NCBI GenBank assembly: GCA_043228905.1
Contig: JBHGNT010000018.1
Span: 9,052,001 to 9,116,000 of the forward strand
Reading direction: 5' to 3'
Length of the DNA stretch: 64,000 nucleotides
Source of the DNA: Azolla caroliniana
Lineage: Eukaryota > Plantae > Polypodiophyta
The notes below the pieces were generated by a model, which saw nothing but the letters and a program-made list of their open reading frames with translations, searched no databases and was not told the DNA's origin. Below, in pieces: positions 1 to 12,461 of the stretch (position 1 is the first letter of the stretch; the number at the start of each line of letters is the position of its first letter). The position numbers and the translations under genes are program-made.

Positions 1-65
1 TATTTTATACCATCCGGCAAGAGGCAGGTGAGAGCATTCCCCAATTTGTCATCCGGTTTCAACGG

Positions 66-1294
66 ATGCATAGTCAGCTTACCCGTGCACCCCCGGAGGA
101 GGAATTACGGACGATATTCCTAAACGTGCTCCGGGAACCCCTACGCACGGTTTGCACGGTAATCGATTTCCGCACAAGTACCATCGACCAGGTCATTGAC
201 CGGGTGAAAGAGATGGAAAAGACAAGCTCCTGGCTCACACTGGGCGCACTTCAACGGGCGTTACCGTCCGATGAAGACCTTTGGTTTCGGCAAGCAATAC
301 AGTGCACAACCTGCTTGAATTCCGGACACTCAGCTCTAGAATGCACTATGAGGACGCAATGTGTAATCTGTCAATCCAAGAGCCATACGACGGATAGGTG
401 CGAGTATAATCTGTTGACTCGGCAAGCACCGCCCGTCCGACAAATTGAGCCACGCAGCAGCCGGGATGAAGAAGACGAACGCTGGCGGCGAATGGACCGT
501 GACCGACCGGCACAGGATGTCCGGTATGGCGAGCGACGGGAAAATGATATCCGGTATGGCGATCAACGGGAAAATGATGTCCGGTACGGTGATCGGCGAG
601 AGAACTATGACTGGCATAATCGGTACCAGGATTACAATAGACGATACGAACAGTACGACCGGGAGCACTCCCCCGGGTATCGTCAACAATGGGAGGAATA
701 CGGCAGATATAACGGGCAACCCCGTCAAGAGTACCGTAATAAGAAGAGCTATAACAAAAAACGGCATTTTATAAAAGGAGGCTACCCCCGGGATCCGGAA
801 CAAGGAGCTCCAAGTAGCCAATCGGTACAAAACCCCGCGCGTACCGTAGGACCTGCCCCGGGTACAACAGACAATGCCGAATCTGGCAATGCCCGGAAAG
901 CCTACTGCTACTACTGCCGATAGGAAGGCCATTATAGTAACCAATGCCCGGTGAAGAGCTATGAAAAACGACCGGCGGTAAATATGGTAGTCCCTGAGGT
1001 GGCAGACCTGCAGCAGGTGACCACAAGGTCGAAGGGCATGGCCAAAGAATGGGAGACACAGGAGACCATCCGGAAACAAGCAACGGAATGGGTAAAGAAA
1101 GCAAACGAGTAGAATGTCACAGACTTACAACAGCAAAAGGAGAACACCGCAGGGCTTGCCGGCGGTAGTCACTCCGAGAACGAGACATGGCAGGCGTTGC
1201 AAGAATGCCAAATTACGTTACCACTAGGAAGACTCCTACAACTCGTGCCAAGATTCACGGAAGGACTGAAGACGGCCATGACGGCAGGAGAACC
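66..1294 (+). pseudogene. gag: gag of the Gypsy element, with three CCHC zinc knuckles; in-frame stops at 921 and 1110
   Basis: CTTCLNSGHSALEC, CVICQSKSHTTDRC and CYYCR*EGHYSNQC; the frame continues in phase at 2123 once the solo LTR is removed. Confidence 0.85.
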
Positions 1295-2122
1295 TGACGA
1301 GAACTCAAGGCTCCTTATGTCCAACGCTCGGCCACAACCGAGCTTCTTTTTATACACAGAAAACGGGAAATAGAACACGACACAAAGAAGAGAAATGGTA
1401 CACAGGAGGTTACGTGGAAAACCCCAAACTAGGGGAAAAACCACGGCAGCCCATAGGCTGCAAACTGTCACTATGTAGGAATATACAACAGTGAGTTCAC
1501 TGAGGCACCGACCTCGTGCTCACAAGTCTTCGCCACAGGCGGCGGTTACAACAGAGGCAACGACCTCGTCTCTCTCTCTCTCTCTCTGTACAGTTACGCA
1601 CTCTCGTTTCTTCTTGCACCAACAAGGAAGAATGACAACAACAACAACAGTTACTAAAAGTTTGCCCTAAGTCATATTTATACTAATATGACTTTTCGGC
1701 TATTTACAAATGTAGCCTTGATGGGCTCTCAGAAACATATTTACGAATATGTCTCTTCATCCGGTTCTCACCGGGTCTATACCATCTGGCTCTCCGTAAC
1801 CGGGTACTCCTCATCCGGTTCATACCGGGCCTGCACCATCCGGCTCTCTGTAGCCGGGTACTCCTCATCCGGTTCATACCGGGCCTGCACCATCCGGCTC
1901 TCTGTAGCCGGGTACTCCTCATCCGGTTCATACCGGGCCTGCACCATCCGGCTCTCCGTAGTCGGGTACTCCTCATCCGGTTCATACCGGGCCTGCACCA
2001 TCCGGCTCTCTGTAGCCGGGTACTCCTCATCCGATTTCGGCCTCGGCCTATCGGCCTCGGCTGAGTTTGTTCATCGGCACTGTTCTTCTTCCTTCCCATC
2101 CGGAGGGACCTGTTTCCCAACA
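1295..2122 (-). mobile_element. Solo LTR (828 bp, Copia-like) inserted into gag-pol
   Basis: TG..CA ends; 5-bp TSD GAACC at 1290-1294 and 2123-2127; removing it restores the reading T-A-G-E-P-S-P-A-P. Confidence 0.9.
1754..2033. repeat. 54-bp tandem repeat, about 5 copies, inside the solo LTR
   Basis: Unit TCCTCATCCGGTTCATACCGGGCCTGCACCATCCGGCTCTCTGTAGCCGGGTAC. Confidence 0.95.
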
Positions 2123-5100
2123 GAACCATCACCGGCACCGGTACTCTTCTCGAATCCAGAGGAGGGACCAACAGTGGTAGACACCAGCAGTCCGATAATC
2201 ACTGCCATTGTAAAAGGGAAAGAACTCCCCGACACAGTTATAGACGGAGGCTCTGGGGTAAATGTAATAAGCCTCCGGACGTGTGAGGACCTAGGAATCC
2301 ACGAGTGGGAGTCGTGTCCGTTCTGGTTGCGGATGGCCGATACAAGCTCAGTGCGGCCGACAGGATTAATACGGAAATTAGAAGTCACCGTCAGCGGTCA
2401 TACATTTCACATCTCGGCCGTAGTGCTACAATTATAGGCACAAGGCGCATACCCGCTATTGCTGGGGCGGCCATGGTTGAAAACGGCACATATCAAACAA
2501 AATTGGCGAAAATATAATTACCTTCCGGCGAGGAAAAGCCAAGGTACGGGTACCAACACAGCCAAGGACGAGCACTGGCAAGGAATGTACACCGTTGTAT
2601 GCGGAATGCGTCAACATGCTAGAAGGGTTAGCGGACGAAGAAGAAGCTCAATACCTGCAGGAAAACCCGAAGATCATACCCCTCTTCGAAATTGACATTG
2701 TCGAAGCCGTAGCACCATACTTACCGCAACCGGAAGAGGCGGAAGCAGAACCGGATAAAGACGCAATCCGGGAGTTACGACAAGCGCAGGAAGCGTTGGA
2801 ATGGGAAATGGCCGTTTCACAGTGCGTAAAAGCATCGCAACTGGAAGAGGTGAATTTAGGCACCACAGACGAAGCAAAACCGGTGCACATCGCCAAGGAG
2901 ATGAAGTCCGAAGACAAAACGGCGATGATAACACTTCTCACGGAATTCCGGGATGTGTTTACCTGGTCATACGAAGATATGCGAGGACTCGACCCTCAGT
3001 TATACCAGCATCAAGTGCACTTGAGCAAGGACGCAAAACCAGTGGCACAAAGACGGTACCGGATGAATCCAATTATGCTGCCAAGGTCAAGGAAGAAATC
3101 GACAAACTGCTAAGAGTTGGCTTTATCCGTCTAGTAAAGAAAGCGACATGGCTGAGCCCCATCGTAGTCGTACCAAAGAAGAACGGAAAAATTCGAGTTT
3201 GCATGGACTATCGGAAACTCAATGCGGCTACGGTAACGGATGCGTTTCCACTTCCGTTCACAGATGGAGTGTTGGATGCCGTCGCCGGCCATGAGGTCTA
3301 TAGCTTCCTAGACGGATTCAGCGGGTATAATCAGATCCGGATGCACCCCGACGACCAGGAGAAAACGACATTCGTCACCAAATGGGGGGTGTTTGTGGCC
3401 GTGGTGATGATGTTCGGACTCAAAACGGCACCGGCAACGTTTCAACGAATCATCATGGAAATCTTTGGTGAATATATACCGGCTTTTATGCAGGTTTTCC
3501 TTGACGATTTCGCCGTCTATAGCCGGGAGGAGGACCATTTTCAGCACCTCCGTCTTTGTCTAGAAAAGTGTAGAGCGTACCGGCTAAGCTTGAATCCGGC
3601 AAAGTGTGTATTTGGCGTGTCCAGTGGAACTTTATTAGGACATATCGTGAGCCAGGAAGGTATTGCAGTCGACCCGGACAAAGTGAAAGCCATATTAGAA
3701 GCACCGGCGCCGGCAACGGCAAAGGCATTGAGCCGGTTCTTAGGCCAGATCCAGTGGCATAGCCGGATGCTCCGATACTTGGCCGACCTGGCTACACCGT
3801 TGCATGCCGCTGTACATCGGACACCATTCCAGTGGACCGATACTGAGGATAGGGCGTATAAGGCCCTCAAGGTACTATTGTCGCAGGCACCGGTAGTACA
3901 ACCTCCAGATTGGAGTAAAGAATTTCACGTGTTCGTGGACGCCTCCGACATCGCAATCAGAAGCGTACTGATGCAGCTTACGGAACCAAAGTGGTACCGG
4001 CCAGTGTACTATGCCAACCGGAAGCTATCCCAAGCAGAACGGAACTACTCTACTACGGAACGGGAAGCTCTAGGAATGATCTACAGTGTGACAAAGTTTC
4101 GGCACTATTTATTGGGGAGGAAGTTTTCCTTCCATGTAGATCATTCGGCACTCCTTTACCTGGTGTCCAAAGCGTCAGTCACCGGCAAATTGGCCCGGTG
4201 GACCTTATTGTTACAGGAGTTCGAGTTTGAAATATTCCACCGACCGGGTATACAGCATGCCGTAGCGGATTACTTAAGCCGATTAGAGTCCGGAGAGACG
4301 GGTGACGGAGTACCGGATGAGTTTCCGGATGCGGAGCTGTTTCGAGTCACTACGGAGACGGCAGTAGATGAGACAGTGGCCCAGGAAGACAAGTGGCTCA
4401 CAAATATGCACCAGTTTCTGAGCACAGGACTGCCTCCGGAAGAGCTGAACCGGGACGAACGGAAACGCCTGGCGGTACAAAGCCGACATTTCTGCTTACT
4501 GCAAGACACACTGTACCACAAGGGCGCTGACGGCATATGGAGACGGGCGGTGCACAACGATGAAAAGGAACTGATACTGAGGGAAGCCAACTGCGGAGTT
4601 GCCGGAGGTCACTATGCCGGAGATGCGACAACCAGAAAAATATGGCAAAGTGGCCTATGGTGGCCAACGACATTAAGAGACGCGGTACGGTACGCAAAAG
4701 AATGTGACCTATGCCAGAGAATGGGCCCGCCAACGGAGCAGGCTCGTATGCCACACCAGCCGGTACTACCACTCGAGCCATTCCAAAAGTGGGGGCTGGA
4801 CTTTGTAGGACCGTTCAAGCCACCGGCAATGAGAACGGGTAATTGGTACGTTATCGTTGCTACGGATTACTGCACGAAATGGGTGGAGGCCAAAGCTTTA
4901 CAGGATAACACCACTGCGTCAATGACAAAGTTTCTATATGAGTACATCTGGTGCCGTTACGGATGCCCCATTGAATTGATAAGTGACCAAGGGGGGCACT
5001 TTCTCGGACAAGTAGTGGAAAGGTTAACGACCTTCTATGCCGTGGTCCACAAACGAAGCACACCTTACTATCCACAGGCGAACGGATTAGCGGAATCAAC

Positions 5101-5767
5101 AAACAAGACGCTCCAGAACATCCTTCGGAAGATCGTCAACGAGAACCGGACGGATTGGGACACAAAGCTACATAGCGCGCTTTGGGCATACCGGACGGCA
5201 TACAAAACGAGCATCCGAACAACACCGTTCCGGTTGGCGTTCGGACTCGAGGCGGTCATGCCGGTAGAATTTCAAGTACCTAGCTTACGGATCCAGCTAC
5301 GAGAACAGCTGAATGAGAAGGAGTCGGAGACAATAAGGTTGACAACGCTATGTGAGCTGGAGGAACAACGGTTAGCCAACATTCTACATTTAGAATTGGA
5401 GCAATGGCGACGGAAAGCATTTGTCGACCGGCACAGGAAAGGTAACGAAAAAATGTTCGCAATCGGCAAACCGGTGTTAGTATTCCAAACCCAGATGGGC
5501 AAGATGCCGGGTAAACTAAGGTTTAGATGGACCGGACCATATTGGCTAACACGGGAGTATAATGGGTCCTACTAGTTGGGGACACTTGCCGGCGAAGTGC
5601 TGGGCAAATGGGTCAACGGATTCCGTTTAAAGGCATATAGAGGACCGATGCCTAAGAACCCGTTTGAGCAAAGGACCGACGGCAACCACCAAGACGGCAG
5701 AGACGGCAAGCCGGGAACCAGAGAGAATGAGGCCGGTAAGGGTTCGGGAGGACCAACGGACATGTGA
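2123..5767 (+). pseudogene. pol: pol (PR-RT-RH-IN), with frameshifts near 2517 and 3072 and stops at 2435 and 5573
   Basis: ORFs 1688..2437 (C-terminal part), 2595..3113, 2801..5575 and 5576..5767 carry consecutive pol motifs. Confidence 0.92.
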
Positions 5768-5922
5768 CGTCACACTAAGAATAATAATAACTGAAAAAAA
5801 ATAAAATAAAAAAAATCATGCAAAAGCGAGGAATGAATGGAGGAAAGAGCGTGGAGCGAAAAGGTACGTAGTGGGCATTTAAAGCGCCACCACAGGACAT
5901 AATGCTATTTTAAGTACGCGAC

Positions 5923-8904
5923 ATGCACAAACTCGAAAAAGGCGCCAGAATGCACAGACAAAAACCATTGCGCGTAGAGACCCTCTACTTTCGCGAACCT
6001 AGGAGCACAGAAGCACCGAAACGCTGCAAGATCATCAGACGAGAACCTGTGCACAGAGAACCCCCGCCTTCTGAACTCTCTCTTTCTCAACCCCACTCTC
6101 ATCACCATCCATCCTCGCCACCGCAATCCGACCCCGACATAGAGATGGACCTGCAAACGCTGTCGGAAGCCGCCAAGACATGGCTGAAGCAACACGGGCT
6201 CGAGGGCTTCTTGATGATGATGGAAGTACCGCCACACAAAGAAGCCGACAAAGTGATCAAGGAAATCGATACAGAGGTCATAACGGCAGAGGCGATTCGA
6301 GCGTTAACAAGCCTTTCGGAGGGAGGCATACTCATGATCGACAATCCAACCCCGGAGCAACTCATCAGGTATTTTGGTGAGTACTCTCTAGCCAGCAAGG
6401 GCTACCGGACACAGGGCGGCGGGGATATGCTGTTCCGCGAAATTGCTCGTTTGCTCCATTAATACGGCCACGTGTACCCTAGACCCCTTGTCATGCCGCA
6501 GAACCGGGCAGGGATGATCATCGCCACCTATGAAGGGATCAAGGTGGATTGGCCGGTATTGATTGCAGACGGGTTGTGTGCGGCGATCGAGATCGTTAGA
6601 GGCAAAGACGGCAAAGAAGGCCGAGACGGACGAAGGATATGGCACGCCGTAACGCAGTGGCTCACCTTGCTGGTGCCACCCGTTCAGACCGTCCAACCCA
6701 AGAAGCGAGGAAGAGTGCCGGACGGCTTCCAAACGGCAACAGCTGTTGGCCTCTAAGGCCAGTAAGGGAAAGGCGGTGGATGCAGAACAGGCGGCAACAG
6801 GAAGCGGAAGCCGGAAGTGCCCAACGGAGGCGCAGGAGGAACCACCGGCACGGTCCGTAAAGGTCACACTCCGCCGACCGGTGAATCGAGAAGTGGACCC
6901 CTTGGCGGCAAAACTCAATGCCGGAGCTCAGGAGAAGGAAATAGAGGAGGAGCATACGGAGCACCTCCAGCGACGGTCGTCGGCAAGGACCGTTGAGACA
7001 GCCGGGAAACGTTCGGACCCTCAGACGGAGGGAACACCAGCTCCCCAGACTGAGACTCCCACGCCAAGGAAGGAACCGGAACCGGTGCAGATGGCACCAG
7101 AAACAGAAGCCCCGGCACCACCGGCAACACCGGCAAGTCCCATCCCGCCAGAGCCGGAAAGGTCACTGCAGCCGCCCTCGGTCAGCCAAGAAGAAGCGCA
7201 AGGGGAACCGGGACAGCAGGATGGTCCACGGGCAGAAAAGGAACTGCAACTCGGCGCAACCAGGCGGGACCACCCCTCTACAAGTGAGCCCATCTATCAA
7301 ACCTCCGTGCAAGCACAACAAGGCACCGGTAGCCTGTGGCTCCGGTGGATAGGCGAACAGATAGCTGGAGCAATGGTGTATATAGAGGCGGAAGAAAGAG
7401 CGCAAAGCGAACGTTGCTCGTCACAACCGAACACCTAGAGACGGCCCGGTCCAGAATCCGGTGCCTTGAAAAAGATTTGGATCAGGTCACGACAGAGATG
7501 GCCAAAATACGGATCCAATCACCGGTGACTCCGGTAAGTGTACAGAATAAAGAAACGGAATGACCTGTACATAGCAATAAGACCCCGGCAACGGAAACCG
7601 TTCCGGCGAGAGATGCGGCGCAAGCTCGGGAGCTTGCGGAATTGAGAGAGGAACTTGCCGCACAAGAAGCGCTAAGGAGCCGTGAACGAGAATTGAAGAC
7701 GGCGGCCGAAGCCGAATTAAAGAAGACTGCTGAGAACCTCTGCCAGGCAGAGGAGAGCCTCCGAAAAGGCCATCAAGTGTACGACCGACTAAAGGAGGAG
7801 AAAGACAAAGTGCTGCAGGAAAAGGACAAGCTGCGGAAAACGGCGGAAATAGAGATTGAACGGCTAAAGGAAGAGCTCCGCCAGCAGAAGGACCGCGAGG
7901 ACCGAGCCCGTCATCAGATCAACGCACGACTCAAGCAAAAGACGGATGATTTTGAGCACCTGCACCGGGACTACAAACGGCTGGAAACGGAGCATAAAGA
8001 ACGGATGGCCGAGCTCCAGCAGGCAGTTGATCGGGCCGCGACGGCGATCGCCGACGAACGGGCGGAAAATACAAGACGCTTGGAAGAGGCGGAGAAGGTC
8101 CGGATGGAGCTCCAGAGGTAGCAGCAGGAAGACAAAGAGAGAGCGTCAACAGTATTGCAGAAATTACAAAGTACATATCAAAGGCAATTGACGCATTACA
8201 AGGTGCAAGCGGAGGACAACATCAAAATTATCAAACAACTGAAGGAGGAACGGCAAGCGGCGGAAACCAAATCGCAATTGGGAACGAGCCGGATTCAGTC
8301 CATCCTCCGGGCATGGCTGAATCAGACGAAACACTTGATTGATGAAAGCTCCGTAAAATGGTGGAAAAAGTGGGCACAAAACACGGTGGAACTCCAGTTG
8401 CTACGGGCGGATGTGGCAAACCGGCGGAAGGAAGGAGATGACTGTTATACGCTGACTTCCGAGGACTTCACCGCCATACGGGACGAGCTGGCCGACGACT
8501 TCCAAGTCCTGGCAGATGAACAGCTGGCGCAGGTCAGGCAGCTCGTAGCTCAGCTGGACGATGATAGGCTGGACGCTCAAATCCAGTTTGAAAGCTACGA
8601 GCGGTCCCGAGTACGGGAAGAAAAAGCACGAGAAGCGACAACGGTTAACCTTAGTGATGAGGAACCGTCGCCGGCTGAGGGCCTGCCGGGAACCAGTCAA
8701 CCGGAGACCACTACGACGCAGGGAGCAACGACAGAGACGCCGGTGTCAGAGCCACAAACGGAGGAGCAGCCGCAACAACCACCAACGGACCCGCCGCAAC
8801 AGACAGCAACAGAGCAGCAACAGCAGCAACAACAACAACCACTTCCAGATGAACCATTGGAGCCTCTCGAACAAAGCATTCTGGACATTTTGGACGAAGA
8901 ATAG
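5923..8904 (+). pseudogene. Extra 3' ORF of the Gypsy element: conserved N-terminal domain, Pro/Glu-rich linker, coiled coil, acidic tail; broken by stops and frameshifts
   Basis: ORF pieces 5923..6462, 6472..6756, 6746..7438, 7642..8121 and 8155..8904; homologous to the minus-strand ORF at 59988-63050 (YFGEYS, MPQN.A, YEG..DW, SILDIL.EE). Confidence 0.75.
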
Positions 8905-8939
8905 CAAGGGTCGGTTGTGGATTCGACGTACAAGGTACT

Positions 8940-8956
8940 GTCCCACGGGCGTGCCA
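8940..8956 (+). promoter_or_regulatory. tRNA-Arg-like 3'-end sequence at the polypurine-tract position
   Basis: GTCCCACGGGCGTGCCA lies 2 nt before the 3' LTR, and there is no purine run there. Confidence 0.7.
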
Positions 8957-8958
8957 TG

Positions 8959-9392
8959 TGTTACCGGCCGGCAAAGGAGTCCAGAGTGGGAAACGGAGAG
9001 CTAATTAAGTAGTAGGAATGTGGTTGTAATTAAACTATGAGTGTGGACGGACGGACTGGAATCGGTATGCCGTTCCGGATCCGGACCGATCCCGAACATG
9101 TGCGGATGGCACCGTTTTGTAATACAGACCGGAAACCTATTTAAAGGCCTGGATACAATGTAATAGTTAGCGGTTAATTAATGAAAGCTTAAGCGTTGTT
9201 ATCTCTCTGTGTTAATTGCCGTTCTGTCTTAATTGTTATATCTTACGCGTGTTATGAAAGACGATCCTAATAAGTAACTTAACTAAGTCGGATTAAGCGT
9301 TGAAGTCTAATCCGGTTGCCGTAACACCCTTTGGTGAAGTGTCTCACGTAGACACCCTGTGTTAGGCCATTGTCCGGCCCGAAGAGTTAACA
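8959..9392 (+). repeat. 3' LTR (434 bp)
   Basis: TGTTAC..TTAACA ends; TATTTAAA near 9138; similar to the LTR at 12684-13141 (GGCACCGTTTTGTAA, ACCCTTTGGTGAAGTG, GACACCYTGTGTTAG). Confidence 0.85.
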
Positions 9393-12020
9393 GAAAATGG
9401 TGTTGAAATTGAACCTTCTCGTATTGAAAAAGTTAAACTTTGGCCCATTTCTTGTAATATTCGTAAACTACGATCATTCTTAGGGTTTGTTGGATTTTTA
9501 CGAAAATCAATTCGTAACTATTCCAAATTGACTACGCCATTAACTGACCTTTTAAAAGGTCATCCACGTAAGTATGTCAAACCAATTGCATGGAATGAAC
9601 AACTTGACAAATCATTTGAGACACTCAAAGAGCATGTGTGTCAGGCTCCCACTCTTCTATTACCGGACCCTTTTAAGCCATTCTCAATCGAAACCGATGC
9701 TAGTGATTATGTTATTGGTGCCGTTCTATATCAAGGCAGTCACCCTATTGCTTTTGAAAGTAAGAAGCTTGATGCTGCTCAATCTCAGTATTCGGTTCAA
9801 GAGAAAGAATTATTTGCGGTAATACATGCACTTAAAACATGGAGGCACTATCTCTATGGAAATAAATTTGTGGTTACAATAGACCATCCATCATTGAAGT
9901 ATTTTTGTGACCAACCAAATCTTGTTGGTCGTAAAGGCCGTTGGGCCAACCTTATGCAAGATTTTGATTTTTCCATACGGTATCACAAGGGTTCTATGAA
10001 CACTGTTGTGAACACTCTTAGTCGCATTAAAGAAGTTAACATACTTAGCTTTACGGAAATAAAATTTGATCTTTTAGATCACCTTCGAGGGAAATACCTT
10101 GATGACAGTTATTTTTCGAAATACTGGACGAAAGTTGAATCTGGTTTAGATGTCGATACTAGCACCCTACCCTTGAAGGTGACCTTTCACATTACAAACG
10201 GTTTGCTCTACCGTAGTGGAAAGGTCTGTGTTCCAGATTTACCAAACATAAAACAGAAAATTCTTCATGAATGTCATGATGCACCATCTACTAGTCATCC
10301 TGGAATAAAACACACACTCATTCTCATCTCGAGTACTTTTTCTGGCCTAAGATGCACTCTGACGTGCATAAATACGTAACTCAATGCTTACAATGTCAGA
10401 TTAAATAGTCGGAACGACTTAAGTCTGCGAGTCTTTTACATCCCTTAGATATTCCCAACAACAAATGGGAAAGTATCTCAATGGATTTTATTGTTAGTTT
10501 ACCTTGTACACAGAGGGGTCATGATGCCATTTGGGTTGTCATTGATAAACTAACAAAATTGGCTGGATTTATTCCTACCAAAACCACGGTAACCGCTCAA
10601 CAATTGGCTTATCAATTTGTTGATGAGTTATTTCACTTTTATGGATTACTGTTGGATATTGTTAGTGATCGAGATTCCAAGTTTATTGGTGACTTTTGGA
10701 CTCAGGTCTTTAAGAAACTAGAAACTACGTTGAGCATGAGTTCCGCAGATCATCCTCAGTCTAATGGACCAACTGAATGAGTTAATCAAATGATTGAGGA
10801 CATGCTTCGAGCTTATGTAGCAAAAACCCCTTCTAAGTGGGAGCAATACCTTCCTATCTTAGATTTTGCCTATAATAGCTCTAAACATACATCCACTGGA
10901 TATAGTCCTTTTATGTTGATGTATGGTTTTCAGCCACGTGCCCGAGTTGATGTCATGATTCATCGCGATACATTAGATGTTACACGCAATTTTTTGCAAG
11001 ACATGAACCAAATGTTGCATATTGCCAAAGAGAATGTCAAGACGACTCAAGATCGTGCTCGATTTTATGGTGATAAGGATAGACGTCCTCGTGCATTTAC
11101 TATTGGTCAAAAAGTACTTTTGCGTGTCCCTACTGACTCTACGTCATTGTCTACGGGCAAGTGCGCTAAGTTAGCCCCACGATATTGTGGCCCATTTGAA
11201 ATCCTTAAGCGGGTTGGGTCATTTGCTTATCACCTTGCCTTACCCCGTAACATTGGTATTCATCCTATTTTTCATGTCAGTCGTCTAAAACCATTTTTAG
11301 GCTCTGGTGATAACACCATCACAATCCAAGATCTTGTAACATTAGAGGTTTTTTTTACAAACCTCATGTTCTTGAACGAATTCTTGATTCTCGTACTAAA
11401 CGTTTACGTTCTAAAGAGATTTGGCTATTCTAGATCAAATGGATGGATAAACCTATTGATGATGCCACATGGGAATGCGAGTATACTCTTAAGGCACAAT
11501 TTCCTCACTTTATATTGCAAGAGTGCAATCTTTTGAAGTAGGGGGAGTATGTTATGTACACATAACGTTGGTGAGGGTAGGTCACTAATATTTACATTAG
11601 TGAAGGGTGGTATGTTCACTAATGTTAAAAAGGGGACTAATGATTGGATAGAAGGAATGATAGGTGCATGCACTATCATGATTTGGACAACCAATAAATG
11701 GAGAGCCTTTTAGAAAGGCACATCTATTCAAGGGGCCTAGGAAAAGGTATAAATATGAGGCTTAGCAACCCTCATAAGGACATTACTTCGGAAGGCTGCT
11801 GTCTTAGACACCGGTGGTGCGGGCTAGGCTTTTGTCTCAACGATCGTGTTTATCTCTTCCAAGGTATTAGTCATCCTAATATCTGGCAGTATGGGACGTC
11901 GGTGGTAGGTTGGCTATGTCTAGATCATAGCTCGGGGGTGGTCGGGTGGAATGGGTTCTTCTATCTAATCTATTTTCCTTCTTTTACTTTGGTCTATTGA
12001 TTAGCAATAGAATCTTAACA
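9393..12020 (+). mobile_element. Chromovirus Ty3/Gypsy 3' half (RH-IN-chromodomain, PPT, 3' LTR 11550-12020), decayed
   Basis: IETDASDY, SMDFIVSLP, IVSDRD, APRYCGPF, HPIFHVSRLK and chromodomain-like ILDSRTK..DATWE; PPT AGTAGGGGGAG just before TGTTATG..TTAACA. Confidence 0.85.
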
Positions 12021-12380
12021 CTATCGTAGGTCGACTGTTTGCCAGACCATAGTGCCTGGGGCACTTTGAGCCTGATTGCTCTTGATGGCTTCAAATTTAT
12101 TAGGTATACTACCGTTTGCAATGCCTCAGCCCAGAATTCCAGCTTTAGTCCGACTTGCTGGAGCATTGCCATCACCCTCTCCTGGATCGTTTAGTTGATA
12201 TGTTCTGTCACTCCATTTTGCATGGGTGTGTAAGGAATGGTCTTTTGATGCCAAATCCCTTTGTTGGATAGGTACTGCTTGAAGGCTCTTGAGGTATATT
12301 CGCCTCCGTTGTCTAATCAGAGTGTCTTCACTCTGTGTCCCGATCGGTTCTCCACTTCAGATATCCACCGAGTGAAGACC
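12021..12380 (-). mobile_element. Copia integrase fragment, same family as 51284-53664
   Basis: MLQQVGLKLEFWAEALQTVVYLINL..VPQALWSGK matches 53484-53664. Confidence 0.75.
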
Positions 12381-12461
12381 TTCGAAGAATATTGCAAGGC
12401 CCAAGGTATTCGAATCAAATACACAGTACCAAAGACCCCTGAGTTGAATGGGCTTGCAGGG
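12381..12461 (+). mobile_element. Copia integrase fragment that appears to resume at 21766-21991
   Basis: FEEYCKAQGIRIKYTVPKTPELNGLA here, then NRMIMERVRSMMSHAKL..YWAE at 21766. Confidence 0.6.

Larger units (their letters stand above)
1..9392 (+). mobile_element. Ty3/Gypsy non-chromovirus LTR retrotransposon (Athila/Selgy-like: no archaeal RNase H, extra 3' ORF), 5' end outside the window, decayed
   Basis: Order is gag (CCHC knuckles), protease (VIDGGSGVNVI), RT (LDGFSGYNQI, FLDDF), RNase H (VFVDAS), integrase (GHYAG..CDLC, WGLDFVGP, ISDQG), extra ORF, then 3' LTR TGTTACC..TTAACA at 8959-9392. Confidence 0.9.

Noticed and set aside
921-923. In-frame TAG stops in gag-pol as programmed read-through
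   Set aside because: TAG/TGA stops are scattered through nearly every element here and fit C-to-T or G-to-A decay of methylated DNA.
1754-2033. CRISPR-like appearance of the regular repeats (also 24690-24965)
   Set aside because: Units are head-to-tail with no unique spacers, there are no cas genes, and the context is eukaryotic.
1688-2171. Repetitive ORFs (SSSGSYRACTIRLSVAGY)n and their antisense equivalents
   Set aside because: By-product of the 54-bp tandem repeat in a solo LTR; not a gene.
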